From contig CM119371.1 of NCBI GenBank assembly GCA_051294905.1, positions 16,928,001-16,992,000 on the forward strand: 64,000 nt of DNA. Direction: 5' to 3'. Below, one piece after another: positions 52,357 through 63,074 of the stretch (position 1 is its first letter; each line of letters begins with the position of its first letter). Source of the stretch: Botryllus schlosseri. Its lineage: Eukaryota. The position numbers and the translations under genes were made by a program. The notes below the pieces were generated by a model. That model was not told where the DNA came from, made no database searches, and saw only the letters and a list, made by a program, of their open reading frames with translations.

Positions 52357-55300
52357 TCATTCAAGAATACGAGAAATTCCGATTTGCTCCCTCAAATTGC
52401 AGAAAGACTGTCGACGTAGCGGCTTTGTAAATATGTCGACAAGCTGCTTTTCAGTCGGAACGTATTGGATGTCAATCTTGTTCGCATCGAGTTCGTCTCG
52501 GATATATCCAAATTTCACGGCTATATGTTTCGTTGCTTGGTGATTAACCGGGTTTCGGCACATCGCGATCGCGCTTTGGTTGTCTTCAAAGATGGTGATC
52601 GGTAGTTTGACGCTATTCCCCATCTCTTCAAATAACTGACGAAGCCATGCGGTCTCACGAGCGGCGAGATTCAGTGCGATAAATTCTGCTTCGGCTGTGG
52701 ACTGCGCCGTTACTGATTGTTTCTTTGATCTCCAACAAATTGGAGCATTTCCCATCAAGATAATGTACCCCGAGGTCGATTTCCTGTCATCACGGTCACC
52801 ACCGAAATCGGCATCTGCAAAAGCTGTAATAGTGTTAAAACCACTCTTATAAGTTATACCGTAATCAACAGTTCCTCGAATGTAACGCAATAAATGTTTA
52901 ATCATTTGCCAATGATATACGGTCGGATCACTGTTGTATTGTGCTAGTTTAGCCACTGCGAACGCAATGTCGGGTCGAGTATACATCGCCAGATAAAGTA
53001 GACTCCCAACAGCAGTTTGATATTTCGACGAATCAAACCTTTTGTCTGTCGGTTTAGCTTTCTCAATCACTGCTCCCGAATCCATTGGAGTAGACACAGG
53101 CTTACACTCGGACATTCCGAATCGTTCCAGCACACTTCTTGCATAACAATCTTGTCCGATCCAAATACAATTACCTGTCTGCTTGACACGCATACCAAAA
53201 AAATGGTGTAACATACCCATATCTTTGACATTGAACATCTTTTGCAAAGTAGACTTCGTCTTCGCAATTACTTTCTTCGTTTTTCCCCCTAAGAGTATAT
53301 CGTCAACGTAGACAGCCAATTGTACGACTGCATCGTCGTAAACGCCACTGTAAATACAAGGATCAGATTTCGTTTGTTTAAAGCCCACCTTAATCAATTC
53401 CTCGTGCAGAGCTTGATTCCAGCATCGCGGTGATTGCTTCAAACCATATATGGACTTTCTCAAGAGACACACCTTATCCGCTTGTCCTTTCTGTACAAAG
53501 CCTTCGGGCTGTTTCATATAGATAGTCTCGTCTAATCTACCATGTAGAAAAGCGGTTTTGACGTCCATCTGATGTATTTCCATATTTTCTTCGACTGCCA
53601 ATGCAACATACGCTCGAAATGAACTTGCATGAACGACAGGCGAAAACGTTTGTTCGTAGTCTTTTCCGTATCTCTGGGTATTCCCAAGTGCTACAAGTCT
53701 TGCTTTGGCACGCGTCGCGTTTCCATTTTCGTCGTATTTATACTTGAGACCCATTTATTCCCCAAAACCTTCGCATCGGTTGGAGGATTAACAAGATCCC
53801 ACACTTTTAAATCTTTCATCGATGTGATTTCTTCATTTGCAGCCTCTTTCCACATATCAGAGTGCTCTGACTGGAAGGCTTCTTTCAAGTTTTTCGGTTC
53901 ATTCAACTGATGAACTGCTGCGTGTATCGCATAAGTCAGCACTTCTGTGTCTTCGGTTTGCTCGAAATTCTCATTGTAAGCAAGTCTTGGTGGAGGATTT
54001 CCTGCATTCCGTCGCGATGATCGACGCACTCCTTCCACTTGTTCATTCGTCGGCGTTTCTACCAATCGGTTATCCGCTGATTGCTGTTCGTCACTGTTTA
54101 ATGAAGGATAGATGAATGACGATGTAGCACACTCAGGCTGAACTTCAGTCGATTCTCCTTCCTGGCCAAATCGGGATTCATCAAATTTCACGTGTCGCCG
54201 AATCAGAACTTTTTTCCTGTCTTCGGACCACAGACGGTAACCTTTGGATAATAAGTCATAACCGATTAAATTGCACACTTCAGCTTTCGGATCAAGCTTT
54301 TTCTTCCTTTTACTTTTCTCTATGAAGGCATAGGCTTTACATCCAAATATTCTCAAGTGTCTTACATTCGGCCTAGTCCCATGATAAGCTTCAAATGGAG
54401 TTTTGTTGTTGAGAGCGACGGTTGGACTTCTGTTCTTCAGATAAGCGGCTGTCAATATTGCTTCCGCCCACAAAAAACAGGTAATTTTGCACCGTGAAGC
54501 ATCGCAGAAGCTCTCTCGCAGAGAACTCGGTTCAAGCGTTCCGCAACTCCATTTTGCGAAGGGCATGACCGTACAGACTTCTCATGTCTGATGCCTTTTT
54601 CTTTCAACCATGATTCGCATTCATTGCTCACGTATTCTCCGCCATTGTCCGTGCGTAGCCTATACATCCAACTGACTGACGTCGAACTTTTTCTTGGTTT
54701 AAAACGAAAAATTTAAGTTCAGCGAACACATCGGACTTCCGTTTCAGAGGTATCACCCACGACATTCGACTGTAATCGTCAGTAAACGTTAGAAAGTATT
54801 TTGAACCACCTTGTGACTCTGGTGAAATGGGTCCACAAACATCTGAGTGAATCAATTCCAACGTCCTTGTTGCACGGCGTTCAGATCGTTTCGGGAATGG
54901 TAACTTTGTGGATTTCCCCAATGCACACGGTTCACAAAAATTCATGTTCTTCGACTCAGTCAACTTCAGGTCGTTAACCATATTCTTCGCAACCATTTTA
55001 CGAAGATTTTCCTCGCCAATGTGACCAAAACGTTGATGCCATACATCAGCTGATGTGGTACCACCAAAGCACTTTTCGTTTTGTTCATAATCATCAACAG
55101 GATTACTGATATCTTCAAAATTGTTCTTGGACTTTCCACGTCCGGATAAAACTCCTTCTGCACAGCGCATGATTTGAGAGTCTTTTCGATCTAGCTCTGC
55201 ATCATCGGTGTCAGATTCTTCAATGTCTGTACCAGTTGCACCAGTACGAAAGCAATTGATATCACGATTCAATTCGTCATGATCATCATCAGTAAAATCA

Positions 55301-56718
55301 CGAATTCCGCTGTTCTCATTGCTTTTCAACGGTATCTTCATTTCTTCTTTGTTACAAGGTCGATAATCTAACATGTAGAGACCATTTTTCAGCGAACCAG
55401 TTGCAACAATATGACCCTCGTATCGATCCAAAATTCGAAGCTTCTTCGAGTTGAAAGTAACTTCATACTGATGCCTGGCAACTGCAGCTCGAATCGAGAA
55501 TAATGTTGTCGATAGGTCCGGCACATAAAGCGCATTCTGCAAATCTGCAATGCCATATTCTTCGCCATCTCGGAAGATAATTATTCGAAGAGTTCCGATC
55601 CCTTCAGAGTAAATCAGGTTTCAATCGCCTAATTCAATTTCTTCGTGGCAATGTTTCAGGTCGATGAACAATTCTTTCCTGCAACTCATGTGACTAGTTG
55701 CACCACTATCGCATATTACAAATTGTCGATTTCGAGACAAAAATGCTGACGTGTGAAGCAAGTAGTGTCTTTTGACTCCAGAGATTGATTCAACACGTGG
55801 CATGTAATTCTTCGATCCAAGATTCTTGGAACGCACGACGTCAGATGAATAAAACATCGCATGTTTCTCTGATTTCTTAGTACGAGATGCTTGTCTGCGA
55901 CTATTGCCGTTTTCGTCGTCGGCATAGTTAGCACTTTGACGTTGTCGATTTTCTCGGTGTTTCCTGAAATCACTTCCTTTTCCACGTTCACAAGACACGC
56001 GTTTTTCTTCACGTTCTTCATTATTTTCAGGACGGTTCCAACAGTCCGAAATCTTATGACCATACTTTCCGCAATGATCACAATTGCCATGAAATTTCAG
56101 TTTTCCACTCTTTCGTCTTGCATTGTTTCTTGCGTGGTACGCCTGTACAGACTCTTTCGGTCGAATCGATAGATCAGTTTGTACGCGTAGTAACAAATCA
56201 TTCAACGAGAATCCCGGCTTGTTCTGTATCTCATTCAGAATATAGCTTCGAGTTACATCAAGACTAGGAGGCAAGTGCTTGATCACTTCGAAAACTTGGT
56301 CGGTCTCGGCAACGGCACGACCCAAGCTCGCCATCCTTTGGAATAGCATTTGACATTCCTCAATTTTCTCAAGAACGTTCTTTTCCGTGAATGTCGGCAA
56401 CATATCTATCTCCATCTTCAATGTGAGATAAAGCGTAGCATTCTGTGGTTCAAACTTCGCCTTCAAGTCATTCCAAATTTCCTTGGGATCATCGTGGTGA
56501 TCTTCAGGTATAGTTGGTAACACGGATCCACTCAAGTTACAGAGCAGAATTCCTGCGGCTTTCATTTTTCTAGAGGCAGCTCCTTCTGCGGTGTCATTGC
56601 CCATAACACTATTCCACAACTCATTCGCCATGAGGAGGCCTTTCACTTGGACTTTCCATGACGTCCAATTACTGTTTTTACCGCATTTCAGTTTATCTAG
56701 GCTTGAAATTGCTGACAT
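52357..56718 (-). pseudogene. copia gag-pol polyprotein with four lesions
   Basis: Knuckle CDHCGKYGHKISDC; protease DSGATSHM; WHQRFGH; integrase IHSDVCGP, RTDNGGEY, QNGVAERLNR; RT QMDVKTAFLHG, YVDD; RNase H ADADF, AEAEF, EDNQSA, TKHI. Lesions: TGA at 55621-55623, +5 at 54658-54662, -1 in the A-run 54472-54477, -1 near 53748. Repaired length 1452 aa. Confidence 0.95.
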
Positions 56719-56744
56719 TGTGGCTGTAGACACGAGATTAGCAA

Positions 56745-56756
56745 GGGCGCATAACC
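56745..56756 (-). promoter_or_regulatory. Primer-binding site
   Basis: GGTTATGCGCCC two bases inside the 5' LTR, one change from the GGTTATGGGCCC initiator-tRNA-Met half-molecule PBS of Drosophila copia-like elements. Confidence 0.85.
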
Positions 56757-56758
56757 TT

Positions 56759-57039
56759 TGATGAACGATCTATCTTGACCTGATCCGTCGAGGCTTTAGA
56801 TATATCTTCAATCGAATTAAATTTATTTTACAGAAGCAGATAATCTGTTCTTACAGCAGCAAGTAGCATCCAGCGTAGACAACACAGGCAAATTAACAGC
56901 AAGCACTAGCGAACACACAAACGCATTTATACACCACGTCTTAACCTAACAATCAAACAATCATTGACCTAATCAAATGAGAGAAACAGAAATACTAAAT
57001 GAGAGTTCACAGGTCATAAGTAATTAAAGCTTCGCAACA
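56759..57039 (-). repeat. 5' LTR
   Basis: 281 bp, TG...CA, adjacent to the PBS. Confidence 0.97.
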
Positions 57040-58186
57040 AGTTTTAAACTTCACCAAATGCATCGACTGGAGCAATCAAATGTTATAATAACACCATAAA
57101 ATCAACATCTTTCGTCTATTTGCCAGCAATTTCGGCGAGGACTCGCAAGGGGATATAAGCTACACCTAAACGGTCGAGGCCAGATCGGACAATGTATCCG
57201 GCGTCTGACCACTGCTACATTGATATTGCGCAGAATGCAAAAGGGTTTCTATACTTGCTACCGATATTAGTCCGCCCCATATACAAGTTATACAGTGGCC
57301 CATAAGATTCCAATCGCACATATTTTTATTTATTTTTTTTGATACAACAAACATATCAAATCAAGATGCGTCCCTTACGCCAGCTGGAATTTTGACATTA
57401 GGCAACGACGTATTCCTTGTATCACTTCCAATGATTGGTTGAATACTTAATCATCATTCGCTGATGTTGTGTGATTGCGGGTGAAGCTAACAGCAGATCA
57501 ATGTTCCCTATAATTTTTCCAGAGTCTGCGCGCACTAATCAACTCACTGCGCGGTTCCTTGGACAACAGTGCGTGACGACTAAAAGATCAGTCATTACGG
57601 TGATTTGACTGCCGAATTGTCCACTCTTCTCGTTAATTTTGTGGTTCTGACTAAAAAAAGGTCATCACTTCGGCTTTACATTGCCTGTGCGCAGAGACTG
57701 GCGAGCGGCATAGCTTACAGCCATGGTTTACGGCTTGTTTGAAACCAGGCAACGGTGGCTACGCACTCATGCATCATTTTTGACTCTCTGGCGCTATCCT
57801 GGGGGTCAGTCTTGAAAAATGAGAGAAAGAAAGAGATTTTTTAGAGAAAAGTTCGTTTATTTAGTCTTATACAAAACCCTAGACATGTCTTGGGGTGTCG
57901 ATCGAGGGCGGAAACGGTAGATGGATATAGTCCGCCCACTTTTAAACTGAAACAGCCCAGAGTTAACTCTGGCTGAGGTCACGGTATGAATTTGAAAAGT
58001 GATGGTCAGTGTCGCGAAAACTGACCAGATTTCAAAAGGGATAAGGACGTGACAAATTGTAAAACATGAAAAAGGTTCACAGTACAGAACCTACCAAGGT
58101 TCGTTTGTGAACGTGAACCTCTAAATTTGTGAGGTTCACACACGGAAAGCGAACGTGAACCTCACGCTCACACCATCCCTATAGTT

Positions 58187-59518
58187 CAGGGGTTCTCAAC
58201 CCGGGGGGCGCGCCCACCTTGGGGGGCGCGGGAGGCTCTCAGGGGGAGCTCGAGAAATGTTTGTCAATTTTGTAAATGTCTGTATAAATTTGGACTAAAC
58301 ATGTGTTTCACAACCATTCTGAAGAGACGATTATTGAAGATTAAACTTAAGTCGTATTCTAGAAAGCTTGCCAAAGTCAAACTCCAGCACTCGCGCTCAA
58401 CGGAGTATAGGCTGACTACAACTTCATTTGAGCAAATTTTGATATTATTTGAAGATTTAGAGAAATTCCGACGTGCAAGTCATTCATTACTTTATAGCTT
58501 TGGCAGTAGCCTAAATCTCTGTGCGCTAGGTAGCTGTTGTTGATAGCTGGCGATCTGCACTGCCTAAGACTGACTTAAATGCAATATAGGTTGCCCGGTT
58601 TCGGCCTCGATTCGGCTATAAATCAACACCATTTAATTCATTTCCAAAACTGATCGAATTTAGCATTACAGGACAGAACGACACCGTGCTCTCTGTAGTC
58701 ACTACCAGCATCAGGATTATAGTCTCAGTGCAACACACCTTGAAATTAGTTGATGTCCTTTTCAATGTTTTTTTGTTATTTTCAAACAAGTTTGGGGAAG
58801 TTTGTCAGCAACTGGAATGCGGATTCAAAATTGGCGTAAGATATTCCTCATGTATACTATTAGATCAGGGGTTTGCAGCCCGTACGGTAGCAGCCGGCCG
58901 TAGAAGGGAATTTGAGCGGCCGTCGACGACTAATTCAATTAGCATGTGTTAACAGCCGTAGACATGCAAATTGCAATTACGAATTCAGTCCCGAATTCTA
59001 GTGAGATTTTATTTGATCTTGAAATTTTCTTCGCGCTCCGCGCAATTCAACATGACTTCTTTTTTCGATTTAAATGCAGTAGCGCCCTTCTTACTTGGAG
59101 CAAGAATGGGAATCCTCAAGAAATAACAATTCATTCGCGGCTCTTAAACATTTTCGCGCTCCGCGCGACAATATACACTCCCAGCCACTATTCATAACAT
59201 TGCCACTCGCGATTTCAGTGCGTACAATAGGCCGTTGTGAAAAGTAGAATAGTCCGGAGTTCACCGGGAATGGATATGGGCAGTTTACCATAGGTATTTT
59301 GCGTCCAGATCGTTCATTGTGACTATGCCCTGGAATGCGGCCTTATAGGCTACATAAGTAATCGAAATGCGGTCATGATTAGCAAGAAGGTTGCCAACCT
59401 CCGTATTAGATGATGTGCTCTTTTTGAAATGACGATAAATGTAAGGGGGGTCAGGGGGCGCGATTTTTTTTGACCATCGTCAAGGGGGGCGCGTGTCAAA
59501 AAAGGTTAAGAACCGCTG
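58187..59518. mobile_element. hAT (Buster-like) MITE with GGGGCGCG motifs
   Basis: Ends CAGGGGTTCTCAACC / GGTTAAGAACCGCTG; perfect TSD CTATAGTT at 58179-58186 and 59519-59526. Confidence 0.92.
58866..59403 (+). mobile_element. Nested hAT MITE, same family as 62082-62864
   Basis: Perfect TSD TATTAGAT at 58858-58865 and 59404-59411; both ends align with 62082-62864. Confidence 0.88.
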
Positions 59519-59706
59519 CTATAGTTCCTACCATGTAATATAATCAACATGCGGGTGCTTTGTATTATAGTTGATATCATCTTCATTCATATTTAACGGA
59601 AATACTATCCATATATCTGTGGTTCGCAGTCGCTGAGTTAGCTACTATATACTTATAGTGGATACAGGAAATAAACACCACTTTTGTCCATATATATAAT
59701 ATTTAC

Positions 59707-59975
59707 TGTGGATTTGAAATCAATATGCTCACGTTCGAGATCATCGCGTTACCAGTCAATTGTGTTTTTAATTTTTCAGCTTGCTCGTTCATTTCGCATA
59801 ATTCGAAGTAGCAAATCTCGATGCAAATGATCCAATGCGGTCTGTCACCTTCCGTTCTGTTCAATTGTTTCGTCCGATCATAAATATCAAGCAACGATTT
59901 GACACTCAAACGGCTGATTGATATTTTCTGGATCTGGATAGAAAAACGCGCTGTCAAGAAAATCCGTCCGATCAC
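59707..59975 (-). CDS. Host gene exon (phase 0 to 2)
   Basis: GATAG|GTG...CCA CA|GTAAAT; 89 open codons VIGRIFLTARFSIQIQK...SILISNP; phase matches exon 51769-51506. Confidence 0.5.
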
Positions 59976-60154
59976 CTATCCCACAATATATGACAATAAC
60001 CAATTTAAACTGTAAAGTGTAAAGCAACATAAGGAATATGAAGCTGGACAGTAATCCATGCGTCAATATCAACATTTGTAGTCATACTTTTCTATTTGTG
60101 ATTCGACATGACGTACGATGATGTTCAAAGTTCATTGTAGGAGCGACTCTGAAC

Positions 60155-60509
60155 TATGGTTGCTTTTAAAACAAAAATCAATTTCAAACAAACATGTTTA
60201 AAACTAGGCCCTTGTTTGAAACATGTTTTTATTGTTTTTTGCTTGTTTTCTTTTTTAATTATTGACGTCAAAATTATTCAATTGTGACGTCATAGGGAAT
60301 TGAGATTGACGAAATATTTACGTACTGTAGCTGTTGAACCTACCATTTATAGGGTTACAATCATCCCATATCGTATACGTCGGCTATATCGGGTGGTAAA
60401 CGTCCGTCGGCTCATACAACATGTTTTGGAAAGTATTGACGCAATTATGCAAAAAAAGGTGTTTTAAGCGAAGTGTTTTAAACAACCAGTTGTTTTAAAT
60501 GCAACCCTA
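60155..60509. mobile_element. Old MITE with AAAAC/GTTTT repeats (related fragment at 50790-50890)
   Basis: Ends TATGGTTGC / GCAACCCTA; flanks only 5/8 identical. Confidence 0.65.
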
Positions 60510-60963
60510 CATTGATCCCTTTGGTGTAAGTCGTACATAAACCCAAAATGAAAGTAATTTTTTTACTTTGTAAACTTGTGTGGTTATCACATCGGCACTA
60601 TTTACACGCAAACTACGTAAGAAGCTATTACATATTAACATTCGATGATACGTATATGAATGGACAATAACAGCTTCGTTAATCTGAGAATGAATTTGCT
60701 CTGTACTACATTTTAGCAGTCGAAACTGCATGACTCACACCACACTGTCACTGGTGGTGAGCGCTAAACAGTAAGTATATCACGACTATGGCTCACTGTC
60801 TGATCTGATAGTCAATTGCTATGTTCTATTGTTAGAGTAGTAAATCAGAATTCGACCAGCCATTTTGAGAAGTTTAAAATTATGAGCACAACTCTGATCT
60901 GCGGTCTTTAGTTTCGTTGTCACTTATTTACTAATCTATGTAATAATCGCATGGACCTCTCAC

Positions 60964-61104
60964 CGTATTGTTTTGATCATGCTCAAACTTGATTTTCGTT
61001 CCATCATGTGATTGTATCTTCGAAACAATAAAATACCGCGATTCATTCATCAAGCTGAGTTGGAATGAATGAATAAAGATGCCGTGGACCGCAAGCTCGT
61101 TCAC
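60964..61104 (-). CDS. Host gene exon (47 codons)
   Basis: CCTTTCCAG|GTG...ACG|GTGAGA; VNELAVHGIFIHSFQLSLMNESRYFIVSKIQSHDGTKIKFEHDQNNT. Confidence 0.55.
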
Positions 61105-61490
61105 CTGGAAAGGTATAGGAATTAGGAACACATCCCATCACAGATCAAGGATAATCTTTCCGCTACTTTTCCATTTCTTTATGACAGTTCGGGGATTGTT
61201 CTACGGAAATAGGGTATAAATTAGCATCAAATGGTTATTTCTATGTTTGTTTGAGTGGCATGTGACGGTTTGCAACGTAGGTATATCAGACCATGTAATT
61301 ACATATGTACCGACTATTTAGATCAGTGGTTCCCAACCATTTAGGACAGTGGTTCCCAACCTGTGGTACGCGTACCAATAGTGGTACGCGAAGGTCTCCC
61401 AGGTGGTACGCGAGTAGATTCTGTTTTTTTTTCGACCGAAGGGAGGTCCTACTGAGTTTTTTGAAGCCGTCGTCTCACGCTATTCCCCAT

Positions 61491-61673
61491 CAGGTACTAA
61501 TTTTCCCTTATACGTGGGAATGCGAGCAAGGATTTTCATCCCTGATGACTATCAAGTCGAAGAAACGAAACCGACTTGCTGCGCCCATACATGATTTTCG
61601 ATGCGCTGTGAGCAAACGTATACCACGCATCGACAAGCTGGTGGAAAATAAACAAATGCAGCCAAGGCAATAA
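61491..61673 (+). pseudogene. Buster-type hAT transposase C-terminal remnant
   Basis: LIFPYTWECEQGFSSLMTIKSKKRNRLAAPIHDFRCAVSKRIPRIDKLVENKQMQPRQ matches the hAT dimerisation-domain pattern of Buster/Charlie transposases. Confidence 0.92.
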
Positions 61674-61785
61674 ATAAATTGACTTTTGAATGTGTGTTGT
61701 TATTTCATTATGTTGTTCTTCTTGTGACTGATGGTGAAAAAACAATTCCATACATCCCATCAACCCTGGGTGATACTGCCTAGTT

Positions 61786-63074
61786 CAGGAGTGTCAAACT
61801 CAAATTGCATCGCGGGCCGGATCGAAGTCATGAAATCGCTCGCGGGCCGGACCATTCAACGAAATCCAAAATGTTGCCTCGTGCCATTGCTTCTCGCTGA
61901 ATACTTTATTATCAAGCATATATAGATAATACACGGATCGTAGGGGTTTCATTCTAGCGAGTCGCAACACCATTATTTGCGAGCAATGAAATTGGCGAAA
62001 ATACGATGTTTGTCCGGTTGAATCCAATGGCATTACAGGCGATACAAGTAGACATATTTCAGTGTTCCGTTTGCTTTAGTCCAGGGGTGGCCAACCTGCG
62101 GCCGTAAGAGGGAATTTGTGCTGCCGTAGACACGCAATTCAATTAGTATGTGTTGGCGGCTGTCGACATGCAATTCGAATTTGCGAATTGACTCCCGATT
62201 TCTTCAAAGATTTTAATTAATCTTGAAATTTTCTTCGCGCTGGGCGCGATTCAACGCGACTTAATTTTTCGATTCCAATATAGTAGCACCCTTTGCAATC
62301 AGAGCCCCACAATACAGATGCGAACATCAATGGAAAATGATGCGCCTCACGTGGAAATATCAGCTCGGAATCGTGTGCTCCTCACTATACTAACAATCCT
62401 GATGAGAGGTCAAGAAATAACAGCTTGCTACAAAGTTACTAATACCAATTGGCCCACCCGAAGAAGCATCATAATTTATAACTTGCGTTAAATTTTCGAA
62501 AACACCCCTACATCAACTCTATACCAGTGTATCTAATCACACGGGAGAAAGGATAAATGTTTGATGGTAATATATAAAACTACTGATATCAATGACGAAA
62601 TTCATTGGTGAATCTGAAATTTTTCGCGCAATGCGCGACTATGAGCACTTCCTTCCTTAACATTACCAGTGACCACTCGCGATTTGGGTGCGCATAGTAA
62701 GCCTACCATTAAATAGATTAGTCCGGAGTTTACCAGAAATGGATATAGAAACTTTAACCTGGGTATTTGGCGTCCAGTTCGTTCATTACGACTATGTCCT
62801 GGAATGCGGCCGTAGGCTACACAAGTAGTCGAAATGTGAATGACAAAAAGGTTGGCCACCCCTGCTTTAGTCATAATCTGGCGTTATCCCTGCGTATGCG
62901 CTGTGATGAATACAAGATATTTAACTGTCAACGCGGACTTTGTAATTTGGTTTATTACTGTGGATGTGATGGATAATATAATCTTTTTTCAATGTACTCA
63001 GAATTGCTATGCGGGCTGGATAAAATCGTCTGGCGGGCCTGATCCGGCCCACGACCGTATGTTTGACACCCCTG
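61786..63074. mobile_element. hAT MITE, level 3
   Basis: Ends CAGGAGTGTCAAAC / GTTTGACACCCCTG; perfect TSD GCCTAGTT at 61778-61785 and 63075-63082. Confidence 0.93.
62082..62864 (+). mobile_element. hAT MITE, level 4
   Basis: Perfect TIRs CAGGGGTGGCCAACCT / AGGTTGGCCACCCCTG; perfect TSD CTTTAGTC at 62074-62081 and 62865-62872. Confidence 0.95.

Larger units (their letters stand above)
52048..57039 (-). mobile_element. Ty1/copia LTR retrotransposon, full length (4992 bp)
   Basis: Two 281-bp TG...CA LTRs, PBS, PPT and gag-PR-IN-RT-RH domain order. Confidence 0.98.
51800..58181 (+). mobile_element. TAGGGATGGTG-family TIR element hosting the copia insertion
   Basis: TIRs TAGGGATGGTG / CACCATCCCTA with GAAC/GTTC subterminal repeats; no clean TSD (right flank disturbed by the 58187 insertion). 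Confidence 0.7.
44718..61104 (-). pseudogene. Unidentified multi-exon host gene, probably pseudogenised. Exons: 61104-60964, 60725-60567, 59975-59707, 51769-51506, 48839-48592, 45152-44982, 44855-44718
   Basis: AG/GT-bounded segments with compatible intron phases 0,0,2,2,0,0. In-frame TGA at 51691-51693 and a 1-nt frameshift near 48798. No domain that I recognise. Confidence 0.5.

Noticed and set aside
55621..55623. Programmed stop-codon readthrough between copia gag and pol
   Set aside because: The TGA lies inside the protease region, after DSGATSH, at a position expected to be Gly, so a point mutation is more likely.
60011..60091. Extra small host exon (KSMTTNVDIDAWITVQLHIPYVALHFT)
   Set aside because: It would require a 35-bp intron with a weak donor, so it was left out of the gene model.
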